Of a stretch of DNA of 64,000 nt, positions 41,329-50,694 are shown piece after piece; positions within the stretch are counted from its first letter, which is position 1; the number at the start of each line of letters is the position of its first letter. The stretch is from Candidatus Poribacteria bacterium (GTDB lineage Bacteria; Poribacteria; WGA-4E; WGA-3G), in contig CAXXUA010000013.1 of NCBI GenBank assembly GCA_963663765.2, positions 384,001 to 448,000 of the forward strand, written 5' to 3'. Position numbers and translations under genes: made by a program. The notes beneath the pieces are model-generated. The model saw nothing but the letters and a program-made list of their open reading frames with translations. It was not told where the DNA came from and ran no database searches.

Positions 41329-42087
41329 TTAATAAAGGGACATTAAACCTTCTGCTCTGGGAATCGGTTTATGTTCAAATTCGGGTGAAATCCACCGTGC
41401 TCCGGATGGTTTACCGGGATTGCGATAGGCGTAGACAACACACCAGCGAGTATCACTATCGGGTTTTCTGGGGGTTACGGCATGTGCTGCATGCGTCCAC
41501 ATCAATATGACCGTTCCAGACGGCACGGAAAGAGGTCGAATCTGCAAGGCTTCACCCGTTTCAGGATGGGTTTTACCTACCAACCATCCCTCCCTCAACG
41601 CTTCATCTGTCCCGCCGTGAATTCTTCCATCTCGGTAAAGATGACTACCGGGTACTGCCTTCAAACCTCCATCGTCCGCTTCAAATCCATTTACATAGAA
41701 GAAGATACGGACAAATCCATATCTCGGATCATCATCTGAATATCCGTGGCTGTGCCAACCGATACCACCATTACCGCCAGAACGATTGAGACTTACACAA
41801 TGGTCATATCGGATATCTTCACCGAGTACTATACGAGCAAGCTCCAACATCTGTGGGTGCGCGATGATGCTTTCCAGATAACTATCAAATTCAGCAGAAA
41901 AACGGTTTGGTTCATGCCCTTTTTCACCGTTAGGAATTAACGATTGAATATGTGCAAGAGATTCTGTCAAATGTTTCTGAGCTTCAGCCGTAAGTATACC
42001 TGGTAGAACATAATGTCCATCATAATCTAATTCTTTTCGTTCTTTTTCCCCGAAGGTGTAATCATAAAATATCGGTATATGTTTCAT
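41329..42087 (-). CDS. PhyH-family protein (tandem paralogue)
   Basis: Very similar to 40534-41292; same motifs. Confidence 0.85.
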   Translation of the reverse strand: MKHIPIFYDYTFGEKERKELDYDGHYVLPGILTAEAQKHLTESLAHIQSLIPNGEKGHEPNRFSAEFDSYLESIIAHPQMLELARIVLGEDIRYDHCVSLNRSGGNGGIGWHSHGYSDDDPRYGFVRIFFYVNGFEADDGGLKAVPGSHLYRDGRIHGGTDEALREGWLVGKTHPETGEALQIRPLSVPSGTVILMWTHAAHAVTPRKPDSDTRWCVVYAYRNPGKPSGARWISPEFEHKPIPRAEGLMSLY

Positions 42088-42095
42088 AGTAAAAC

Positions 42096-43961
42096 CTAAT
42101 CCAATGATGATTTCCATAAGATCACAGATCCGTCTGAACCCCCACTTGCAATGGTGCTGCCATCAGGACTAAATGCTACACTCCTGATCCAAGACACATG
42201 TCCCTTATAAGTGCGGATAAGTTCACCTGTGTTTGCATTCCACACTCGGACGGTTGAGTCTGCACCTGCACTTACGAGGGTATTACCATCAGGACTAAAG
42301 GAAACGCTTAAGACATCATCCGTATGTCCTTCGAGAGTGCGGAGATGCTTACCGGTATTTGCATTCCATAAATAGATAGTCCCGCTACCATTTCCACTTG
42401 CAAGTGTGCTACCTTTTGGACTAAAGCATACGCTATGGACCCAACCTGTGCGTCCTTCAAGGGTACGGAGATGCTTTCCGGTATTCACATGCCACACTGG
42501 TATCCTGGATCCAGAACTTCCACTTGCGAGTATGCTACCATCAGCATTAAAAGACACGCTATAGAAATTACCCGTATTCTTCCCTCCTACTAAGGTGCGG
42601 AGATGCGTGCGGGAGTTGACATGCCATAGACGTACGGTGTTGTCAAAACTCCCGCTTGCAATGGTGTTGCCATCAGGACTAAAAGACACACTGTAGATTG
42701 TCCATTCATGTCCTTCAAGTGTGTGGAGATGCTCACTAGTGTTTACATTCCATAGTCGAATGGTGGCATCCTTACTTCCACTTGCGAGGATGTTACCATC
42801 AGGACTAAAGGATACACTCCTGACCAAACCAGTATGTCCTTCAAACTGACGAAGATGCTTACCCGTACTTACATTCCAAAGATGGATGGCGTGGTCATCA
42901 CCTCCACTTGCGAGTGTCTTACCATCAGGACTAAAAGACACACTCCAGACCCTATCCGTATGACCTTCAATTGTACGGATAGGGTCACCTGTGTTTACAT
43001 TCCATAAACGGATAGTATCATCCGAACCACCACTTGCAAGTATGTTATCATCAGAACTAAAAGATAGACTTTTAACCCAACCCGTATGCACTTCAATAGA
43101 GCGGAGTTGTTTTCCATTTTTCACATTCCATACACGTATAGTGGCATAATTACCGCTACTTGCGAGTAGGTTACCATCAGAACTAATTGATACACTGTAG
43201 ATCTGTCCTTTATGTCCTTCAAGGGTGCGGAGTTGTTTTCCATTTTTCACATCCCATACACGGATAATGCCTTCCCAACTTCCACTTGCTAAGGTGTTAC
43301 CGTCAGGACTAAAAACTACACTAACAACCGGTTCCTTATGTCCTACAAGTGTACGGAGTTGCATACCTGTATTCACATCCCAAAACTGTATAGTGTTATC
43401 CATACTGCCACTGGCAAGAATGCTACCATCAGGACTAAAGGATACGCTTAGGACTGACTCCGTATGTCCGTGAAGACTGCGGAGAAATCTACCAGTATCT
43501 ACATTCCATAGAATGACGGTATTGTATGTACTACAACTGGCAAGAGTGCTACCATCGGGACTAAAGGACACACTGCTGACACCCCTTCCAAGTCCTTCAA
43601 GTGTGTGGAGATGCTTACCGGTATTTGCATTCCATAGACGGATAGTGGTATCATAACTGCCACTGGCGATGGTGTTACCATCAAGACTAAAAGATACACA
43701 CATTACATCTTCTTTATGTCCAGTCAATAGGTTCAGTTCTGCACCTGTCTTGGCATCATATATCCATACACCGATACTACTTGCCACGGCAAGTTTAGCA
43801 CCGTCTGGTGAATACCGAATCTCATTAATTTTACCTTTTCCGAGTCGCAATAAAGCACCATCAGGTAAACTCCATTTTGATGTGTCTTGGGCAAGGAGGC
43901 TGCTTGTAAAAGTTAGTGTCATACAGAGCGTTATCATTATTGACAGTATTTTGTTTTTCAT
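42096..43961 (-). CDS. Secreted WD40-repeat protein (about two propellers)
   Basis: Signal peptide, LPDGALLRLGKG motif, ~13 highly regular GH…VSFSPDG…LASGS.D..IRLW repeats. Confidence 0.93.
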   Translation of the reverse strand: MKNKILSIMITLCMTLTFTSSLLAQDTSKWSLPDGALLRLGKGKINEIRYSPDGAKLAVASSIGVWIYDAKTGAELNLLTGHKEDVMCVSFSLDGNTIASGSYDTTIRLWNANTGKHLHTLEGLGRGVSSVSFSPDGSTLASCSTYNTVILWNVDTGRFLRSLHGHTESVLSVSFSPDGSILASGSMDNTIQFWDVNTGMQLRTLVGHKEPVVSVVFSPDGNTLASGSWEGIIRVWDVKNGKQLRTLEGHKGQIYSVSISSDGNLLASSGNYATIRVWNVKNGKQLRSIEVHTGWVKSLSFSSDDNILASGGSDDTIRLWNVNTGDPIRTIEGHTDRVWSVSFSPDGKTLASGGDDHAIHLWNVSTGKHLRQFEGHTGLVRSVSFSPDGNILASGSKDATIRLWNVNTSEHLHTLEGHEWTIYSVSFSPDGNTIASGSFDNTVRLWHVNSRTHLRTLVGGKNTGNFYSVSFNADGSILASGSSGSRIPVWHVNTGKHLRTLEGRTGWVHSVCFSPKGSTLASGNGSGTIYLWNANTGKHLRTLEGHTDDVLSVSFSPDGNTLVSAGADSTVRVWNANTGELIRTYKGHVSWIRSVAFSPDGSTIASGGSDGSVILWKSSLD

Positions 43962-44015
43962 AACACTTGTATTCCTTTAGTGTCAAAGGATAAAACCATT
44001 ATGGTCAATATGGTA

Positions 44016-44996
44016 TTAGACAAACGCAGCTTTATCCACATCTGCAAGATACACACGAGCACCATTTTGTAATGCAGACCGATGTACTGCAGCTTCAAAG
44101 AGGAGTTCATTCCATGCGGCTTCTCCATCTGCAGGGAACGGTTGGTCATTTTGCATGCCTTTGATGACTCCATCAGCCATTCTCTTAAATGACTCAGGCA
44201 TTTCAGGTTGTCCGGGTTCATTCTCCCATTTTTCCAGTATTTCTGAGTTTCCAGCTTTCCGCAGCAAATATGAACCGTCTAAACCACGAGCTTCCGCGTA
44301 AGACTTGTCACCCAGTATCTTAACGCGCAGCGGATGGTCATCATATCCCCACAGGTTTGTGCCAGTAAGAGTACCGACGACACCGTTTTCCCATCCAATA
44401 TGTATCAGTCGTTTCCAACCGCCACCCTCATTCGGATCGCCAACAACATTCACCCATTCAGGTGTACCCATATTCCAGAGAATCTGGTCAATGATGTGTG
44501 ACCAACAGTTGAAGTGGGCGCGGGCATGTACCATCTTGATCTCACCTAATCTACCTTCAACAACATCGTCATGCAGTTTCTTAAAATGTTCCATAAAGCG
44601 ATAGTTGAAATCAATACCAAATTTCTGGTCAGATTCACGCCAAGTTGCAATCGCAGGGGCAGCAATTGAAAGGTCAGCTTCTCGCACTGTCGCTTGACCC
44701 TGTAAGCCACATAATGGCTTCTCTGTGAATACATTTCTACCAGCCTCAAGTAACTCTCGCAATGGCGGGATGCGACGGGTCTCGTTAACTATCAATAGAA
44801 CAAGTTCAGCATCGCAATTTGCCAACAAGTCTTCAATAGATAAATATCCAGGCACACCAAAATGTTCCTTTGCTTTCTCAAGAAGTCCAGAATCCATTTC
44901 GCATACTGCAACAACTTCTGCGTCCGGATGATTGTGGAAATTCCCACCATGCATCATACCCATGCCTCTACCGCTGATAAGTGCACATTTTACCAT
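44016..44996 (-). CDS. Gfo/Idh/MocA-family oxidoreductase
   Basis: GRGMG Rossmann start, VFTEKP, FNYRF, HIID. Confidence 0.85.
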   Translation of the reverse strand: MVKCALISGRGMGMMHGGNFHNHPDAEVVAVCEMDSGLLEKAKEHFGVPGYLSIEDLLANCDAELVLLIVNETRRIPPLRELLEAGRNVFTEKPLCGLQGQATVREADLSIAAPAIATWRESDQKFGIDFNYRFMEHFKKLHDDVVEGRLGEIKMVHARAHFNCWSHIIDQILWNMGTPEWVNVVGDPNEGGGWKRLIHIGWENGVVGTLTGTNLWGYDDHPLRVKILGDKSYAEARGLDGSYLLRKAGNSEILEKWENEPGQPEMPESFKRMADGVIKGMQNDQPFPADGEAAWNELLFEAAVHRSALQNGARVYLADVDKAAFV

Positions 44997-45673
44997 AACT
45001 AAATCCTTTTTCTCGTGTATACTCAGATGGTTGTCAAAAAACCCTAAGTGGTATCTGAGTATAGGTTTGTTTCTGACTAAAAGCTTTTTCCGAGTAGTAT
45101 ATCACACACAATAAAAAATTCAAGTAAAAAGTACCTGTATCCGCAATTCGTTCAATTACACAGGAACCCATAACCGATTCAACAAACCTATTGGATATCT
45201 ATTGGAAATCCCAATAAACAGACACCCAAAAAACTACAAACACCATCAAAAACCATATATAATATATACAATACAAAAACTAAAAAACACCAACAAGAAA
45301 ACCGTACCAAAATGTGATGAAAAAAATCAGAAACCAACAATAAATATCCCAATGATCCCTTATGAACACTGGACGCATTATCCATCAACAAAACCGTACC
45401 AGAAACCTAAAAAACCGTACCGTATGAAGATTAAGTAATTAAACGGGTAATAAATATTTCTCACATGGTAGGTGTGCTTTGTAAGAGCGCTGTTTGGACT
45501 TGTTGGGCCAGCGCGCTTACAAAGCACCAAATCAAGTAATCAAGAAATCAACGGTATGAATGCCTTTTGGCATTCCCCGGGTATGAATACCTTATGGTAA
45601 CGACTTGTGCCAGTTAACAAAATGTTTATACTAAATTCACATATATTGGGTATGGTATATAAACATTTCGTCT

Positions 45674-45816
45674 CATAGGCGTCAATTTAAGGGTTTTGAC
45701 CTCTTGTAGGAGGGGTTTTCAACCCCGATTTGAGAGAAAATGAACATAAAATCGGGGTTGAAAACCCCTCCCACAAGAGAAAATGCCAACACTTTTTTCT
45801 TAAATTGACGCCTATG
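45674..45816. mobile_element. CATAGGCGTCAATTTAAG-ended MITE with REP pair
   Basis: 18-bp TIRs; flanked by a near-identical GGTATATA(A/T)ACATTTCGTC direct repeat. Confidence 0.8.
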
Positions 45817-46254
45817 GGTATATATACATTTCGTCCCTACGGGACTAAAGATCATCTAAAGCAAAAGAAGGACGGTTAAATCTTCTTGTCTATCAATACC
45901 TTCGCCATTTTTGAGTGCTTCAGTTGAATGAGTATATAGTGTTGATTTACCATTGCTCTGTGATATTGTTAGGATTACATAAATAAAAATAACTTCAGGT
46001 TTTCGTTGAAGTATTTTTAATTATCATAACGTCAACTATAGTTTGGACAATTTTCATCTTGTAGAAGTTGATTATTCAACAGAACGTCTATTTTTCTCCG
46101 AGTTTCGTCCATTTGTGAAACTGGAGAAAATGATGTGCTCCAGCGGAGTGTTATGTGCGGCTCCAACATACCGCTCCGCTGGAGCGGGGATGCGGGCTGA
46201 CAATGTGACTATAAACATATTGCTCCGCTGGAGCAAAGAAAGTTCCGTTTTGGT

Positions 46255-46574
46255 CAGGGTTATTCAGTTTTAAAAGTTTTCTGTTATTTTGATTTACTGA
46301 AAGTTAATACCCAAATGCAGTTTCCTAACTGCACCTTAGACATCAATTTTAGACATCAATTTTAGATTATTGAAACCTGAACATCGGTCTTTAGTCCCGT
46401 AGGGACGATATGTTTATTCTTCTATGCCGTTCCTACGGAACTCAAGAGGGGTAGATAACATTTTTCTATAAACATATCGTCCCTACGGGACTAAAGACAT
46501 AGACAATATGGCAACACATAATATTAACGACATAGCAAAACATTATCAAAAATATTGAAAACTGAATAACCCTG
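46255..46574. mobile_element. MITE with ISAs1-like CAGGG ends carrying a GTCCCGTAGGGAC REP cassette
   Basis: CAGGGTTATTCAGTTTT … AAAACTGAATAACCCTG 17-bp perfect TIR. Confidence 0.75.
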
Positions 46575-46638
46575 TTATCATAGCGTCTAATTTGACAATT
46601 GAATGACTATATCAGCAATCTGTCAGAATAATTTATAT

Positions 46639-46817
46639 GCACAATCTGGCAGAATGTGCTACAACTACACGCACAATCTGGAAGAATGTGCTACAACTAC
46701 ACGCACAATCTGGAAGAATGTGCTACAACTACACGCACAATCTGGAAGAATGTGCTACAACTACACGCACAGTCTGGAAGAATGTGCTACAACTACACGC
46801 ACAATCTGGAAGAATGT
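46639..46817 (+). repeat. Tandem repeat, 32-bp unit x ~5.6 (GCACAATCTGGAAGAATGTGCTACAACTACAC)
   Basis: Units start at 46639, 46671, 46703, 46735, 46767, 46799; no spacers. Confidence 0.95.
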
Positions 46818-46823
46818 CTATTA

Positions 46824-46964
46824 TAGTAGAATTTAGAATTACCTGAACACTTCGATCTACGCGTTTAGCAAAACTTGTAGCATAACCTATTAGGTTGTGC
46901 TACGTTTCCGCACAACCTAATAGATTATGCTACAGTAGTGTAAAGATAATTACAGATTTTACTA
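46824..46964. mobile_element. IS630/Tc1-like MITE inserted at TA, carrying a GTAGCATAACCTATTAGG palindrome pair
   Basis: Imperfect TIR TAGTAGAATTTAGAATTA / TAATTACAGATTTTACTA; TA duplicated relative to the empty site at ~53372. Confidence 0.7.
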
Positions 46965-47461
46965 TATTAGCGAAGGTATTGGTCTATGTGAAGTAATTTT
47001 TAATAAATAGTTATTTAGTACAAGTCGCTACTTTCAGGCAATTGGTAATTTTTTCTGTACACGAATCTTGTCTATGACTGGGTTTTTCCGAAGATAAAAT
47101 TACCAATTTTACCAATATGATAAATGTCAGTTTATTAATTAATCTTCGTACGGTACGGTTTAAACAGGCAAGTTTTGAATAGAAATGCACATCAAGAACC
47201 CTGATGAGGAAAATCTTGGTATTCTAAAAAACCTTGTTCAGATGGAATCACGGATTACGCGGATGACGCGGAGAAGATTACGACACATGATCATATCTCT
47301 TAGAAAACGCTTGTAATACCCAATTAACGTGAGTCGTCTTGCTAAGTGTGCGGTTAGGAAACCGCACCTACCGTTGAAAAAAGATAAATTACGTTAATTT
47401 GGTATAACTCCCTGTTGATGGTGCTATAATCATCTATATACCATATATTATTGAGGTGAAT

Positions 47462-48352
47462 ATGAAAACAATAGAGAATATAAAAATTGGTTTTATTGGA
47501 TTAGGAAACATGGGCAGCCGGATGGTGAAGAATCTATTGAATGCAGGATATGAAACCCTATGTTACGATATTGATAAGACAAAATCCGAGAAAATAAACA
47601 CACTTGGAGCAGGAGTAGCAAAGGATTCCACCCAAGTCGTCAAAGAATCCGATGTTGTTATGACCAGTTTGCGTTCCTCAGATGTCTTTTTCAACGTTGC
47701 AGAGAACTATTTCATTCCTAATGCTAAGGATGGACAAACATTTATAGATTTAGGCACTTCTGAAGTAGAAAAGACACGAGACTTAGCAGCAGAATTAGCC
47801 AAAAAAGGGGCAACTCTAATTGACGCACCAGTCAGTGGCGGACCTCACGGTTCAGAAATAGGGACACTTCGTATTTTTGTCGGTGGAGATGTAGAAGTTG
47901 TTGCAAAGTGTCGTCCAATCTTAGAAGTCCTCGGTGAACCAAAATTTGTTGTATACTGTGGTCAATGCGGTTCAGGACAAATCGTAAAAGGAGTAAACCA
48001 ATTGGCAATGGGACTTGGAGCTGCTGCTTACATGGAGGCTATGGCGTTTGGTGTTTGTGCTGGTGTTGATCCCACAGCAATTCGCAACGCCATTGGCTTG
48101 GGAGATGGGTGGAGAGGGGAGTTTGACACAATTGCTAAACGTATCATTGATGGAAAAGGAAAGTCGTTAGTTGTAAAATATCCTGAATTACACTATTTCC
48201 TCACTGCTGCGGAAGAATTAAACTATAAGATTCCACTTACGGAAGCTCTATTTGAATTTTGTCAGCAAGGAAGTTATGAAATGTTTGACAACATGAACCG
48301 TCCATCACGTTCATTCTGGCATGAATTAACAAAAGTATCAGAGGATGAATAG
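47462..48352 (+). CDS. NAD(P)-dependent 3-hydroxyisobutyrate/beta-hydroxyacid dehydrogenase family
   Basis: IGFIGLGNMG, DAPVSGG, GSGQIVKGVNQ; GAGG RBS. Confidence 0.9.
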   Translation: MKTIENIKIGFIGLGNMGSRMVKNLLNAGYETLCYDIDKTKSEKINTLGAGVAKDSTQVVKESDVVMTSLRSSDVFFNVAENYFIPNAKDGQTFIDLGTSEVEKTRDLAAELAKKGATLIDAPVSGGPHGSEIGTLRIFVGGDVEVVAKCRPILEVLGEPKFVVYCGQCGSGQIVKGVNQLAMGLGAAAYMEAMAFGVCAGVDPTAIRNAIGLGDGWRGEFDTIAKRIIDGKGKSLVVKYPELHYFLTAAEELNYKIPLTEALFEFCQQGSYEMFDNMNRPSRSFWHELTKVSEDE

Positions 48353-48391
48353 GTTGATACGTTGAGAGAAAATGTTTGAAGTTGATTCTGT

Positions 48392-49477
48392 CTATTGTGT
48401 TGCAGATTTTGCACAGCGAAAACCTGTCAAGCGACTTGTTTGTACAGGATTATTACCACGACGATGCGTAATCCATATCCGTGGTTGACCACTTTCTACC
48501 CATAAACCCCCACGCACCGAACGCGTTGTGGTGATGTCAAATGCATTATCTATTATATCCTTTACTGTATCTGCACCTGCGATTGGATTGCTGTCTGACA
48601 GATCTTCGTAGTTTCTGTCATACGCATCAAGACACCATTCTAATACATTACCAACTATATCGTAAAGACCATATCCGTTAGGAGGATACTCACCAACTGA
48701 TTTAGTACTACCGGCATAACCGACATTCAAACTGATATTTGCTTTTGTATCATCAATAGAATGTCCCCATGGGTATTTTTGACCTTCAATGCCACCACGG
48801 GCAGCTTTTTCCCATTCTGCTTCAGTCGGAAGTCGTTTATCTAACCAATTAGCATAAGCACTTGCTGCATACCAACTCACATTAAGGACTGGATGATCAG
48901 CTTTGTCACTTGGATAGGAGTTTTCTGTCCAATGTGCAAGATAATTGCCATCATGAAACCGAATGTCTATATTTTCCATTTGCCATTCAGTATTGGCATC
49001 AATGAATTTCTTGAAATCTGAATTCGTTACCTCATAGATGTCAATATAAAACGCATCAACATACACAGAATGTCCGGGTTGTTCAACGTTTCCTGCTTCT
49101 CCACTGATACTACCCAATTGGAATTCTCCTGCAGGAATAAGGACCATGTCTTCTGGGATGATGACTTTTTCTTCAACGGTGTAAGTGAGATTACGATTGC
49201 CATTATCCCAAGCTAATTCTATCTCAAGTGTGCCTTGTGTGAATGGTCCCAAAATCGTAACGGTGTTTTCTGAAATGACTGCTTCTCCCATTGAGACACT
49301 AAGATTCTGTGGATTTCCTGTAAAACTTACAGTGATCGTTTCATCAATAAATATTGAACTTCCATCAGTAGGAGTAACAGATTGGATTTTAACGGATTCT
49401 TCTTCTCCGCAACCTATTATCAGAAAAATGGAAACATAAATTACGATAATTGTGAAAAGATAATAACTTCTGTACAA
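48392..49477 (-). CDS. Lipoprotein with Ig-like domain and SUMF1/FGE-sulfatase (C-lectin fold) domain
   Basis: Lipobox LIIGC; MVLIPAGEF, YEVTN, RLPTEAEWEKAARGG, NGYGLYD..GNV.EW, GFRC. Confidence 0.88.
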   Translation of the reverse strand: MYRSYYLFTIIVIYVSIFLIIGCGEEESVKIQSVTPTDGSSIFIDETITVSFTGNPQNLSVSMGEAVISENTVTILGPFTQGTLEIELAWDNGNRNLTYTVEEKVIIPEDMVLIPAGEFQLGSISGEAGNVEQPGHSVYVDAFYIDIYEVTNSDFKKFIDANTEWQMENIDIRFHDGNYLAHWTENSYPSDKADHPVLNVSWYAASAYANWLDKRLPTEAEWEKAARGGIEGQKYPWGHSIDDTKANISLNVGYAGSTKSVGEYPPNGYGLYDIVGNVLEWCLDAYDRNYEDLSDSNPIAGADTVKDIIDNAFDITTTRSVRGGLWVESGQPRIWITHRRGNNPVQTSRLTGFRCAKSATQ

Positions 49478-49489
49478 ATGTACCTCCTA

Positions 49490-50272
49490 TTAATTCTGAT
49501 GTCTATGGTTGTCAAACACCTGTTCCATTTCAACTTTCAACAATTGGAAGAGTTCACTTTTGAATTTAATTAGTTCTCTATCAGTAATATCTCTTGGTCT
49601 TGGTAATGGAACGTCTATCTCTGCTTTTATGGAAGCCGGCCTCGCAGTTAAAATATAGATTTTATCAGCGAGAAGCAGAGCTTCCTCTATGTCGTGTGTA
49701 ATCAACAAAACTGTCTGTCTACCTTGTTGCCAAATGTCTAATAGAATGGATTGCATCACTGTTCGTGTCATTGCATCCAACGACCCAAAAGGTTCATCCA
49801 AAAGCAAGATGTTTTTTTGCATGAGAAGCGTCCGTACCAATGCAACACGTTGACGCATTCCACCTGACAGTTGTGTTGGATAACTATTTGCAAAACCCTT
49901 TAATCCCAACTGTGTTAAAAGTCTTTGTGCTTCTTTAATTGATGGTATAATAGATTTTTTCTGTATTTCTGGTCCGATGAGAACATTTCCTATTACTGTT
50001 CGCCATTGTAACAGAAGATCCTTTTGCTGCATATACCCAAATGCACCTGTTATACCATGAATCTGATTAGTGTTAAGATAAACTTTTCCAGAATGTGGTC
50101 TGATGATTCCACTAATGATGTTAAACAACGTACTCTTGCCACAACCAGAAGGACCGAGCAAAGCAACGAATTGACCCGATTTAACCGAGAATGATAAGTC
50201 ATTCAATACGGACAATCTTTCTTTGTTAATTTCATAAGAATGGGTTATATGCTCTACTCGTAGCTGTGCCAT
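49490..50272 (-). CDS. ABC transporter ATP-binding protein (NitT/TauT family)
   Basis: GPSGCGKST, LSGGMRQR, LLLDEPF, ITHD, RPR. Confidence 0.92.
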   Translation of the reverse strand: MAQLRVEHITHSYEINKERLSVLNDLSFSVKSGQFVALLGPSGCGKSTLFNIISGIIRPHSGKVYLNTNQIHGITGAFGYMQQKDLLLQWRTVIGNVLIGPEIQKKSIIPSIKEAQRLLTQLGLKGFANSYPTQLSGGMRQRVALVRTLLMQKNILLLDEPFGSLDAMTRTVMQSILLDIWQQGRQTVLLITHDIEEALLLADKIYILTARPASIKAEIDVPLPRPRDITDRELIKFKSELFQLLKVEMEQVFDNHRHQN

Positions 50273-50340
50273 AAAACGATTGAACTGTCCATTTGAGTAT
50301 CAATACCAATTTTAGAGAACTTGCTGCCTAAGAATTTTAA

Positions 50341-50690
50341 GGGTGTGTAAAGTTTTTGCACAGAGGTACAAACTTTTGTTCTCTTTAGTCCCGTAGGGAC
50401 GCAATGTTTATAGATAGGTGTAATCACCCTCTCTTGAGTTCCGTAGGAACGACATAGAAGAATAAACATATCGTCCCTACGGGACTAAAGAACTGGGAAG
50501 GGTACTTGTTTTCTATAAACATATCGTCCCTACGGGACTGAAGAGTATGGTTGATATTAACAATATTTCCTTATATTGACACCTATGGGTCTCTGTACCC
50601 GGAATCTCTCATTTAATCAGTTGTGGCGGGGTACAGAGACCCCGCTCTACAATGGAGAATGTGCAGTTTGTGCAAAAACTTTACACACCC
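50341..50690. mobile_element. 350-bp MITE with ISKra4 ends (copy 2)
   Basis: GGGTGTGTAAAGTTTTTGCACA TIRs; perfect 8-bp target duplication AATTTTAA (50333-50340 / 50691-50698). Confidence 0.93.
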
Positions 50691-50694
50691 AATT

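Larger units (their letters stand above)
45894..46981. mobile_element. CAATACCTTCGC-ended MITE, expanded by nested insertions
   Basis: TIRs CAATACCTTCGC / GCGAAGGTATTG; GTCTAT duplicated on both flanks; compact copy at 53112-53391. Confidence 0.82.
45412..47161. mobile_element. Nested MITE/REP complex bounded by 31-bp inverted repeats
   Basis: AAACCGTACCGTATGAAGATTAAGTAATTAA (45412-45442) versus the reverse complement of 47131-47161 (3 mismatches); encloses several smaller elements. Confidence 0.7.

Noticed and set aside
42096-43961. Highly regular ~126-bp DNA repeats
   Set aside because: Explained by WD40 repeats within one ORF
46639-46817. Possible CRISPR array (32-bp periodicity after an AT-rich leader)
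   Set aside because: Units are head-to-tail with no unique spacers, no cas genes are in the window, and the array lies inside a TIR-bounded MITE
48392-48520. FGE/C-lectin C-terminus as a DGR variable region
   Set aside because: No reverse transcriptase and no adenine-variant template repeat seen in the window
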